The notes beneath the pieces were generated by a model. The model ran no database searches. It worked only from the letters and a program-made list of their open reading frames with translations, and had not been told where the DNA came from. From NCBI GenBank assembly GCA_043739465.1, contig JAYUEA010000476.1, positions 1 to 29,974 on the forward strand: a DNA stretch of 29,974 bases, written 5' to 3'. Both the position numbers and the translations under genes were made by a program. Below, piece by piece: positions 17,447 through 25,246 of the stretch. Positions within the stretch are counted from its first letter, which is position 1. Each line of letters begins with the position of its first letter. The stretch is from Propionibacteriaceae bacterium. GTDB taxonomy: Bacteria > Actinomycetota > Actinomycetes > Propionibacteriales > Propionibacteriaceae.

Positions 17447-17688
17447 ACGCCATCGAGAAGTTGCGCAGCTCGCGCCAGCGCCTCTCGGGGCAACGTCTGC
17501 GGGTCGACCCGGTCGAGTGCGAAGGCATCGGCCAGTGCGCCGTCGTGGCCAGCCGCCTGGTCCAGCTGGACCGCTGGGGCTACCCGGTCGTACCAACGGC
17601 CGAGCTTGCGACGACTGCTGTCGCCCAGGCACAGAGGGCCGTCAACGCGTGCCCGCGCCGTGCGCTGTTCCTCGAGGCGACCGGCTGA
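17443..17688 (+). CDS. Ferredoxin (probably [3Fe-4S])
   Basis: 81 aa; LRVDPVECEGIGQC...DRWGYP...AVNACPRRAL (CxxxxxC...CP); ATGA overlap with the NuoF-like gene. Confidence 0.85.
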   Translation: MNAIEKLRSSRQRLSGQRLRVDPVECEGIGQCAVVASRLVQLDRWGYPVVPTAELATTAVAQAQRAVNACPRRALFLEATG

Positions 17689-17691
17689 CGG

Positions 17692-19026
17692 TCAGCCGCG
17701 ACCGCCGACGCGAGCCAGGAACAACGCCTCGGCGAGCGCGGCCTTGGCGAAGTCGCCGAGGTGAAGGCTCTCGTTGGGGCCGTGCATGCGGGAGTCGGGG
17801 TCGCACACTGCCGTGAGCAGGATGGCCGCGTCCGGGAACTTCCGCTGGAAGTCGGCCGCCATCGGGATCGAGCCACCCTGTCCCATATGGACCGGCGCCA
17901 CCCCGTACGCCTCCGTGAAGGCCTCCGTCGCGGCCTCGGCGATCGGACCTTCGACGGGCAGCACCCCCGGGTCGCCGGCGCTGCCGCGCGTGACCGTGAC
18001 CTTGGCGCCCCACGGGGCGTGGCTCTCGAGGTGGGCGACCAGAGCGTCGAGGGCGTCAGCGGCCCGCTGACCGGGGGCGACCCGGAGGCTGACCTTGGCG
18101 CGCGCGGTCGGGAACAGGGTGTTCGACGCGTCGGCGACGCTGGGCGCGTCGATGCCGATGACGGAGATGGCCGGCTGCGACCAGCCGCGTGAGACGACGG
18201 AGCCCTTGCCGAGGTAGGCGACACCGTCCAGCACCCCGGACTCGGCCCGCAGCCGCTCCTCGGGGTAGACCAGGTCGGAGTCGGGGGCGGTGCCGAGACC
18301 GGCGACGGCCACGCTGCCGTCGTCGTGGTGGAGCGTGGCGAGCAGGCGGCACAGCGAGGTGACCGCGTCGGGCACGATGCCGCCGAACTGTCCGGAGTGG
18401 ATCGCGTGGTCGAGCGTGGCGACCTCGACCACGCAGTCGCAGACGCCGCGCAATGTGGTCGTGAACGCCGGCACGCCGACGTCCCAGTTGCCCGAGTCCG
18501 TGACCACGTACGCGTCCGCGCGGAGCAGCTCCGTGTGTGCGGCGATGATCGCCTGCAGGCTCGGGGAGCCGAACTCCTCCTCGCCCTCGACGAAGACGGT
18601 GACGCCGACGGGAAGGTCGCCGCCGAACGCCCGCAGCGCCGCCAGGTGGACGCCGATGCCGCCCTTGTCGTCGGCCGCGCCACGTCCGTACAGGCGGTCA
18701 CCCTTCTGCGTGGCCTCGAAGCCCGGCGTCTCCCAGACCGTGGCGTCGCCGACAGGCTGGACGTCGTGGTGCGCGTACAGGCAGATCCGCGGCGCTCCGG
18801 GTGGCCCGTCGAAGCGCCCGATCACGGCCGGACGACCACCCTCGGCAACGATCCGTACGTCCGGGCAGCCCAACTCCGTCAGATGGTCCGCGACCGCCTG
18901 CGCCGACGCGTCCACATCGGCGAAGTGCTCGGGCTGCGAGCTCACGGACGGGATCGCCACGAGAGCGATGACGTCGGAGATGGCGCGAGGGATCTGTGCG
19001 GCGACGGCGGCATGAAGGTCGGTCAT
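17692..19026 (-). CDS. M20/M25/M40 family dipeptidase
   Basis: YAHHDVQP, GRGAADDKG, EGEEE, DSG, GGSIP and HGPNE; ATG 7 nt after TAGGTT (19034-19039). Confidence 0.92.
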   Translation of the reverse strand: MTDLHAAVAAQIPRAISDVIALVAIPSVSSQPEHFADVDASAQAVADHLTELGCPDVRIVAEGGRPAVIGRFDGPPGAPRICLYAHHDVQPVGDATVWETPGFEATQKGDRLYGRGAADDKGGIGVHLAALRAFGGDLPVGVTVFVEGEEEFGSPSLQAIIAAHTELLRADAYVVTDSGNWDVGVPAFTTTLRGVCDCVVEVATLDHAIHSGQFGGIVPDAVTSLCRLLATLHHDDGSVAVAGLGTAPDSDLVYPEERLRAESGVLDGVAYLGKGSVVSRGWSQPAISVIGIDAPSVADASNTLFPTARAKVSLRVAPGQRAADALDALVAHLESHAPWGAKVTVTRGSAGDPGVLPVEGPIAEAATEAFTEAYGVAPVHMGQGGSIPMAADFQRKFPDAAILLTAVCDPDSRMHGPNESLHLGDFAKAALAEALFLARVGGRG

Positions 19027-19051
19027 ATGACCCAACCTATCGCCGTCGCCA

Positions 19052-19129
19052 CGGGACGAATCTGCCCGGCGACGGCTCCGGGCCGATGCATTCATGCTCC
19101 CCTGCGCATCTCTTGGCGGATTCGTCCCG
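19052..19129. repeat. 78-bp inverted-repeat element (3' flank of DUF559-like gene 1)
   Basis: CGGGACGAATCTGCC-N48-GGCGGATTCGTCCCG; contains the stop codon of the gene. Confidence 0.8.
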
Positions 19130-19988
19130 CCGGCCTCCGCTGACACGCAGCGAGAGCACGGCGGACCACCGCCACCACATAGCTCGAGTCGTCAAGGTGC
19201 TCCCACCCGAAGCGGGCAACAAGGTAGCCGTGCTCGGCGAAACAGTTCAGCCGCTCTCGATCCTTGAGGAACTGCGACGTGTTGTCGTGGACTTCACGAC
19301 CGTCGAACTCCACGATGACCCGGACCTCCTTGAAGATGATGTCTGGATGGAAGACCTCACCATTCAGGGTGATCGTCGTGTTGGCCTTCCAGCCCGCGAT
19401 GCCCGCGGCGCGGAGGATCCGCTGAAGTCGCAGCTCCGCGTACGACCATGGGTTTGCCATGCATGCCTCGACCACGCATCGTCGCGTGGCCTGACCTGGC
19501 GATCCCGTGAGGGATGCCAAGGCGGCTGGGAGCTCGCTCGGCCTCGCGAGACCGCGTCGGAGGGCCTCGCAGATGGCGCGGCCATCGTCAGTCGCTGCCA
19601 GCTCGACGGCTGCGTAGGCAGGGCTGACGAAGCGGAGACCCTTGGCGACCCGGACGAAGTCTCGTGGAACCTGGTGGCGCCACACCCGCAGGCCTCGCCG
19701 GGATCTGAGCCGAGGATGCGCGAGCTGCGTGGTGCTGACCCCGACCTCCGGCAGCCAGAGGGAAACGGCTGTCTCGGCGTGCAGTGAACCTTCTGCCCCA
19801 GCCCATGCACACACCGCCCGCAGCCACGTGACGTGGGAGGTGTCGGCTGAGGGCACGAAGGTTCCTGGCAACGGTCTCGCAAGAACACCGTCGGCCACGA
19901 GTCGGCTCAGAGTCGTGCGCCAGCTCGGATTGTCGGCCACGGTGACGACGCCACGCTCGGCTAGCTCGTTCGCGATGGAAGGCTTCAC
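19092..19988 (-). CDS. DUF559 / Vsr-like endonuclease-domain protein with an AbiEi-like N-terminal region (paralog 1)
   Basis: NPWSYAELRL, FHPDIIF, VEFDGREVH, KDRERLN and RFGWEHL; GTG 19988 lies 7 nt after CACTGT. Confidence 0.85.
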   Translation of the reverse strand: MKPSIANELAERGVVTVADNPSWRTTLSRLVADGVLARPLPGTFVPSADTSHVTWLRAVCAWAGAEGSLHAETAVSLWLPEVGVSTTQLAHPRLRSRRGLRVWRHQVPRDFVRVAKGLRFVSPAYAAVELAATDDGRAICEALRRGLARPSELPAALASLTGSPGQATRRCVVEACMANPWSYAELRLQRILRAAGIAGWKANTTITLNGEVFHPDIIFKEVRVIVEFDGREVHDNTSQFLKDRERLNCFAEHGYLVARFGWEHLDDSSYVVAVVRRALAACQRRPAGRIRQEMRRGA

Positions 19989-20025
19989 ACCCGGGACAGT
20001 GGGCATCACAGCGCCCATTCGTCAC

Positions 20026-20066
20026 TTGTCCACAAGGAGTCTTGGCACGCCGTTCCCTGTGGACAA
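20026..20066 (-). promoter_or_regulatory. Inverted TTGTCCACA-N23-TGTGGACAA boxes abutting the -35 of DUF559-like gene 1
   Basis: Two perfect TTGTCCACA 9-mers in opposite orientation at 20058-20066 and 20026-20034. Confidence 0.7.
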
Positions 20067-20074
20067 CGCTCCGC

Positions 20075-20152
20075 CGGGACGAATCTGCCAGCCGACGCCC
20101 CCCAACGGCCGAATCGACGGCCCGAGGTTCGTCTGTTGGCGGAATCCTCCCG
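20075..20152. repeat. 78-bp inverted-repeat element (5' flank of DUF559-like gene 1)
   Basis: CGGGACGAATCTGCC-N48-GGCGGAATCCTCCCG; left arm identical to that at 19052 and in the same orientation. Confidence 0.8.
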
Positions 20153-20183
20153 CTAGCGTGCCTGATCTCCTACCGTGGAACCC

Positions 20184-20585
20184 ATGGACACCACGAGCAC
20201 GTTCATCGTCACGGACTTCAGCCCATCGGATCTGGACCTCGACGTGGAGACCGCACTGCCGACGGGGCTCGCGATGATCACGAAGCGGTTCTCCGGGGCG
20301 ATCGAGGGTCACTCGCAGGCGCTGTTCTGCTCGGCGTTCGACCCGACGCACGGCGGCACGTACGTAGCCCTGGAATCCTTCGACGGCCTCGTCGACGGGC
20401 ATCGCGGCACGTTCTCCTTCGCGCACGCCGCGACCACCGGTCCCGCTGGCGGCCGCGAGGACGCCTGGTTCCGCATCGTCTCCGGCTCGGGCACCGGCGA
20501 GCTGGCCGGGATCCACGGTACGGGCGACATCCAGATCGACGACGGCGGCGCGCATCACCTGACGCTCACGTACGAGCTCGGCTGA
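20184..20585 (+). CDS. DUF3224 family protein
   Basis: KRFSGAIEGHS, YVALESFDGLVDGHRGTFSFAH, IVSGSGTGELAGIHGTG and LTYEL; ATG 7 nt after TACCGT. Confidence 0.85.
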   Translation: MDTTSTFIVTDFSPSDLDLDVETALPTGLAMITKRFSGAIEGHSQALFCSAFDPTHGGTYVALESFDGLVDGHRGTFSFAHAATTGPAGGREDAWFRIVSGSGTGELAGIHGTGDIQIDDGGAHHLTLTYELG

Positions 20586-20674
20586 CCTTCTTGGCCCGAC
20601 CCCGGTGACACGGCCGGACAACCTCAGTGCCACGATGCGCGCGTGGGAGTCGTGACCCGCAGCCAAGGCCGTTC

Positions 20675-21889
20675 ATGACCTCGCAGATCGCGCGCTTCCC
20701 GCCTCGGCTGCTCGCCGGCGCCCTCTCGTTCTGCCTGGCGAGCTGCGCGATCGCCCCTCCGCCGACGAATCCGCAGCCAACCACCACATCCTCCGCTTCT
20801 CCTGGTGTCACTGCGACCACCAGTGCTCCGCCGACGCCGACGCCGACACCCACCCCAGCCCCAACCCGTACGGCCACCGTCGTCATGAACGGCGACCTGC
20901 TGTGGCACAACACGGTCTACCGGAGCGCCCAGCCGGAGGCACGGCGCACCGGCAAGGGGACCGACTTGGTTCGACGTCGACCCCATGTTCGCGGCCCTGA
21001 AGCCCGTCATCTCGGGCGCCGACGTCGCGATCGGCCAGGAGGAGGTGCCGTTCTCCGCGCCGGGCGGGCCGAACCTGGGCTACCCCGTGCTCGCCGCTCC
21101 ACCGCAGATCGCCGCATGGCTGGGAAGCATGGGTACGACACGTGCACGACCGACTCCAACCACGCCATCGACCAGGGCTTCACAGGACTGGTCCGTACAG
21201 CCACCCTCCTCGACCAGGCCGGCGTCCGCCACATCGGTATGATCCGCACCGCGCAGGAGCGTGCGAAGCCGGTCATCGTCCAGACCGCGTCCGGCGTGAA
21301 GGTCGGCAACGTAGAGGCAGGTACTCGCTCAACGGCATCACACTGCCGTCCGACAAGCAGTGGGCCGTCTCGTTGTGGGACGCGCCCAACCTCCTCGCGC
21401 AGGCGCACACCGCTCGCCTGGCCGGCGCGGACATCGTTGTCGTACAGGTCCACGGCAGTGAGGAGTACCAGGCGCGGCCCACCGCCGAGCGACAGGCACT
21501 CGCGGCCGCGCTCACCGCCTCCGACGACGTCGACCTGGTCTTCGGCGAGCACGTACATGTCGTACAGCCCGTCACGAAGGTCAACGGGACGCGGGTCGTG
21601 TACGGGATGGGCAACCTCGTCGCGCAGCAGGTGACCAGGCAGCCGCGCACGTACGAGGGCATGACCATGCGGTTCACGTTCACCGGCACCCTCGGCGGCC
21701 GCTATGCCGTGACGAAGGCCGGGTACATCGGCACGCTCAATCACCTACTGCGACCCGATCCGCGTCTACTCCGTGCTCTCGTCGCTCGCGTCCGGCGCCG
21801 GACCCACGGCCCGCTTCCAGACAGTGCGCACCGCCATCGCCTCCTCCGTGAACCTCCTGGGAGCGGCGCCCGGCCTCGTCGAGGCGTGA
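20675..21889 (+). pseudogene. CapA family (metallophosphoesterase-fold) lipoprotein, multiply frameshifted
   Basis: Lipobox LASC; NGDLLWH, then at least four frame changes through ISGADVAI, DSNHAIDQG, YSLNG, VHGSEEY, GEHVHVVQP and YGMGNL; final frame ends ...GAAPGLVEA* at 21889. Confidence 0.8.
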
Positions 21890-21914
21890 CTGATCGGGAC
21901 CGAGCCTGAGTTGG

Positions 21915-21992
21915 CGCCGGATCTCCGCCAGGATCACCCCCCGAGGCCCTCGGCAATCCCTTGCCACGCTCGATCCTGGCGGATTCAGGGCA
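21915..21992. repeat. 78-bp inverted-repeat element, variant (5' flank of DUF559-like gene 2)
   Basis: TCCGCCAGGATC (21924-21935) / GATCCTGGCGGA (21972-21983); GCC-to-GGC spacing is again 48 nt; shares TGGCGGATTC with the other copies. Confidence 0.65.
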
Positions 21993-21995
21993 GGA

Positions 21996-22066
21996 CGGTC
22001 CACAGGCGGAAGCCTTCACCCCCGTGCTGTGGACAACTGACCGTTGGAGGCGTCGGCGCACACTGT
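21996..22066 (+). promoter_or_regulatory. Promoter of DUF559-like gene 2: GTCCACA-N23-TGTGGACAA boxes, CTGACC -35, CACTGT -10
   Basis: Same spacings (23, 24 and 7 nt) as upstream of paralog 1. Confidence 0.7.
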
Positions 22067-22073
22067 CCAGGGT

Positions 22074-22949
22074 GTGAACCGCACCGTTGCCGCCCTGCTC
22101 GCCGATCACGGCGTGATCTCCCTCTCGAAGCACCCCGGCTTGAGCCGGACCCTGCGCCGCCTCGTTCGTGATGGGACACTCGCTCTCCCTCTGCCGGGCA
22201 CCTTCATCCTGACCGCGTCCGGATACGGAGGGTGGTTGCGCGCCGTGACGGCGTGGGCCGGGAGGGACGGAGCGCTGCACGGTGCGACAGCCGCCAACCT
22301 CTGGTTGGGCGACTCTCGACCCTCCGTCACCCAGCTAGCTCACCCCAGCTTGCGCTCGCGAAGCAGCGTCTCGGTGTGGCGATATGCCATCGAGCCACAG
22401 TTCGTCGTGGCCCGAGACGGTATACGCACGGTCAACGCGGCGTACGCGTCGGTCGAGTTGGCCGCGAGCGACGACGGCCGCGCGCTCACCGAGGCAATGC
22501 GGCGCCGACTGGCCACGGTGGACGAGATCCGCGAGATCCTGGACAGCCTCGCCGGCACCTCGGGCCAGGCAGTTCGGCGCTGCGTGGTCGAGTCCTGCCT
22601 GTCGAACCCCTGGTCCTATGCCGAGCTCCGCCTCCACCGCATCCTTCGACGCGCCGGGATCACCGGGTGGGTGGGCAACGTACCTCTCCGAGTCGGGGGT
22701 CAGGTGCTCCAACCGGATGTGCTGTTTCCGGTCGCCAAGATCGTCATCGAGTTCGATGGCCGCGCCTTCCATTCATCGCGGACAGAGTTCATCGAGGATC
22801 GCGAGAAGCAGAACACCTACATCACCAACGGTTACCTCGTACTCCGCTTCGCCTGGCACCACCTGGACGACCCGGACTACGTGATAGCCATGGTGCGGAG
22901 GGCGCTGGCGGTGCGGGTGCCCGTATCCCGCCAAGATCCCGACTCTTAA
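22074..22949 (+). CDS. DUF559 / Vsr-like endonuclease-domain protein (paralog 2)
   Basis: NPWSYAELRL, LQPDVLF, IEFDGRAFH, EDREKQN and RFAWHHL; roughly 50% identical to paralog 1 in segments aligned by eye. Confidence 0.85.
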   Translation: MNRTVAALLADHGVISLSKHPGLSRTLRRLVRDGTLALPLPGTFILTASGYGGWLRAVTAWAGRDGALHGATAANLWLGDSRPSVTQLAHPSLRSRSSVSVWRYAIEPQFVVARDGIRTVNAAYASVELAASDDGRALTEAMRRRLATVDEIREILDSLAGTSGQAVRRCVVESCLSNPWSYAELRLHRILRRAGITGWVGNVPLRVGGQVLQPDVLFPVAKIVIEFDGRAFHSSRTEFIEDREKQNTYITNGYLVLRFAWHHLDDPDYVIAMVRRALAVRVPVSRQDPDS

Positions 22950-22995
22950 CCCCAGATGCACGGCTCTGCAACCGAATCGTGGCAGGAAACAGGCC
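22918..22995. repeat. 78-bp inverted-repeat element, variant (3' flank of DUF559-like gene 2)
   Basis: TGCCCGTATCCCGCC-N48-GGCAGGAAACAGGCC (11/15 complementary); contains the stop codon of the gene. Confidence 0.55.
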
Positions 22996-23001
22996 CGGAG
23001 C

Positions 23002-23616
23002 CTAGATGAACATCGTCTGCGCGTTCTCGCTGAGCTCCATGAAGTCCGTGGCGCTGATGACGCCCTGCACGGCCGGGTGGAAGTCGGCCTCGATCATCTT
23101 CATCATGTCGAAGGACATCCGGCAGGCCCACATCTTGACACCCGCGGCCTCGAGCAGGTCGAGGAATTCCGGCACTGTCGGCACGCCGAGATCAGCGATC
23201 TGCTTGTGCATCATGTTGGTCGCGATCTTCGTCATGAAGGGGATCCGGCCCATCCACTGCGGCATCGACCAGTGCTCGAGACCAGGCTTGACGCTGCCGA
23301 GCTCGGGCATGTGCATGGCGGTGTTGCCGACCAACGTGAACTGCAGGTTGCCAGAAGTCTTCTTGTTGATGATGTCGAGGCCCCAGAACGTGAAGAAGAT
23401 GTGGACCTCGATGCCCTCGCCCGCGGCAGCGTTGGCGAGGATCAGACCGGGGTACGCCATGTCCAGGTTGCCCTTGGAGCAGACCAGGACGAGCTTCCGC
23501 GGGCCGGAGTAGCCACCGCCAACGCTGGACGCCGCCGTCTCAGTGCCGGCGTCGGCCGCCTTGACCGCAGACCCCCCGAAGTTCGGAAGGATGAAACCGT
23601 CAGGAATCGTAAGCAT
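23002..23616 (-). CDS. DsrE/DsrF/DrsH-like (DsrE2-type) sulfur relay protein
   Basis: SKGNLDMAYPGLILANAA, IFFTFWGLD and WACRMS; AAGGAG RBS. Confidence 0.88.
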   Translation of the reverse strand: MLTIPDGFILPNFGGSAVKAADAGTETAASSVGGGYSGPRKLVLVCSKGNLDMAYPGLILANAAAGEGIEVHIFFTFWGLDIINKKTSGNLQFTLVGNTAMHMPELGSVKPGLEHWSMPQWMGRIPFMTKIATNMMHKQIADLGVPTVPEFLDLLEAAGVKMWACRMSFDMMKMIEADFHPAVQGVISATDFMELSENAQTMFI

Positions 23617-23629
23617 TCGTCTCAGCTCC

Positions 23630-23947
23630 TTATACGCAGCCGACGGGCTTGGGAAGGCCCGCGAGGTAGGACATCTTCTTGGCGGGTTTGCCGGGGAACA
23701 GCACGAACAGCTGCTTCACGTCGAACGTGCCCGCAGTCTGCATCCGGCGCAGCGTCGGCGTGACCCCGGACTTCGCCTGGTCCTCACGCATGAACTTGAG
23801 CGCCGCCCAGTGGGCGGGCGTCAGGTCGTCGATGCCGATCATGCCAGCGAGGATCTCGGCCAACGGCTCGCTCCACTGATCACGGTTGGTGAAGAAGCCT
23901 TCGTCGTTGACCGTGAACGTGTGGCCCTCGATCGTGTTGCTGTGCAC
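23630..23947 (-). CDS. tusE: TusE/DsrC/DsvC family sulfur carrier
   Basis: VNDEGF...W..PLA, LTPAHW, LFPGKPAK, C-terminal AGLPKPVGCV with only the penultimate Cys. Confidence 0.9.
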   Translation of the reverse strand: MHSNTIEGHTFTVNDEGFFTNRDQWSEPLAEILAGMIGIDDLTPAHWAALKFMREDQAKSGVTPTLRRMQTAGTFDVKQLFVLFPGKPAKKMSYLAGLPKPVGCV

Positions 23948-23949
23948 CC

Positions 23950-25197
23950 TCAGTTCTCCTTCATCTTGTGGGCCGGGACCTTGCCGGCCATCGACATCAG
24001 TGTGGGTACGGGCAGCGACCGCCCGGGGAGCAGCATCTGCCAGTAGATCTGCTCGAACGCGAGCTTGCCGATGTGGTTGAGCCTGGTCTCCTTGAGCAGG
24101 CTCATGGGACCGACCGTTGTCAGAGGGAACGAGCCCATGAGCGGTTCGGTGTCGTAGTTGAAGTCGAGCAGCATCGCCTTGCCGCGCCCGGACTCGATGA
24201 AGCAGTTGGCGTGACCGTCGAAGGAGTGCGTCATCGGCTTGCCCGCGTACAGCGCCGTGAAGTTGTCCACGAAGATGTCGACGGAGAAGTGGGCCACCGA
24301 GCCGGCCTTCGAGGTCGGGATGTTGCTCGCGTCACCGACGGCGAACACGTTCTCGTACGTGGTCGACTGGAGCGTCTTCTTGTCCACCGGCACGAAGCCG
24401 AGGTCGTCGCCCATGCCGGAGTCCATGACGTACTGCGCGCCCATGTTCGTCGGCACCGTCACGAGCAGGTCGAACGGCAGCTCCCGACCGTCGAAGCCCA
24501 CGAGCTTCTTGGTCTCCGGGTCAACGCGCTCGACCGCGAAGTCCGTGGCCAGACGGATGCTGCGGTCCTCGAGCACTCCCCCGAGCTTCTTCGACGCCAC
24601 CGGCTTGGTGAAGGCGCCGTCGAGGGGGGTCACGTACGTGATGTCGACCAGGTGGCGGATCTTCTTGTGGCGGAAGAAGTCGTCCGCGAGGAACGCGAAC
24701 TCCAGCGGCGCCACGGGGCACTTGATCGGCATCTCCGTGATGTGGATGAGCAGCTTGCCGCCCGCGAACGAGTCCATGGCCTTCTTGAGGGCCACCGCCC
24801 CGTCGCGCGTGTAGAAGTCGAACGCCGACTTCCGCCAGATGCGCTCGTCGGTGAGGCCCTCGGTCATGTCCGGTCGCGGCGTGGTGCCGGTGGCGATGAC
24901 GAGCCAGTCGTACGAGAGGGTCTGGGTCTTCAGCTCGACCGTACGCGCCTTCGGATCGACAGCGACGATGGCGTCGGTGACGAGCTGCACCTTCGGTGAC
25001 AGCTGCGCCTTGCGGGACCTGCGCACCCGTTCGGGCGTGATCGTGCCGAAGGGGATGAAGAGGTAACCAGGCTGGTAGTCGTGGTCGTCGTCTTTGTCGA
25101 CGACAGTGATGCTGGCGGTCGGCGGCAGTGCCTTGACCAGCTTGTTGGCGAGCATCGTGCCTGCCGTGCCCGCCCCGAGAATCAGTACCTTGGACAT
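23950..25197 (-). CDS. sqr: Sulfide:quinone oxidoreductase-like flavoprotein
   Basis: LILGAGTAG, YQPG, IKCPVAP (Cys), FAVGDA, SKAGS and FDGHANCF (Cys); ATG 6 nt after TATTCT. Confidence 0.85.
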   Translation of the reverse strand: MSKVLILGAGTAGTMLANKLVKALPPTASITVVDKDDDHDYQPGYLFIPFGTITPERVRRSRKAQLSPKVQLVTDAIVAVDPKARTVELKTQTLSYDWLVIATGTTPRPDMTEGLTDERIWRKSAFDFYTRDGAVALKKAMDSFAGGKLLIHITEMPIKCPVAPLEFAFLADDFFRHKKIRHLVDITYVTPLDGAFTKPVASKKLGGVLEDRSIRLATDFAVERVDPETKKLVGFDGRELPFDLLVTVPTNMGAQYVMDSGMGDDLGFVPVDKKTLQSTTYENVFAVGDASNIPTSKAGSVAHFSVDIFVDNFTALYAGKPMTHSFDGHANCFIESGRGKAMLLDFNYDTEPLMGSFPLTTVGPMSLLKETRLNHIGKLAFEQIYWQMLLPGRSLPVPTLMSMAGKVPAHKMKEN

Positions 25198-25208
25198 GAT
25201 CGAAGAAT

Positions 25209-25224
25209 AAACCCCCTGGGGTAT
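25209..25224. promoter_or_regulatory. Putative CsoR/CstR/RcnR-type operator
   Basis: ATACCCCAGGGGGTTT on the minus strand (C-tract/G-tract pseudo-palindrome, 12/16 symmetric), overlapping the sqr -10 box. Confidence 0.6.
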
Positions 25225-25246
25225 CGCCTCGCAGGCGCCCCCCCTG

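Noticed and set aside
20026-20066. Replication origin because of DnaA-box-like 9-mers
   Set aside because: Only paired boxes tied to DUF559 promoters; no dense box cluster, AT-rich unwinding element, or dnaA/dnaN nearby.
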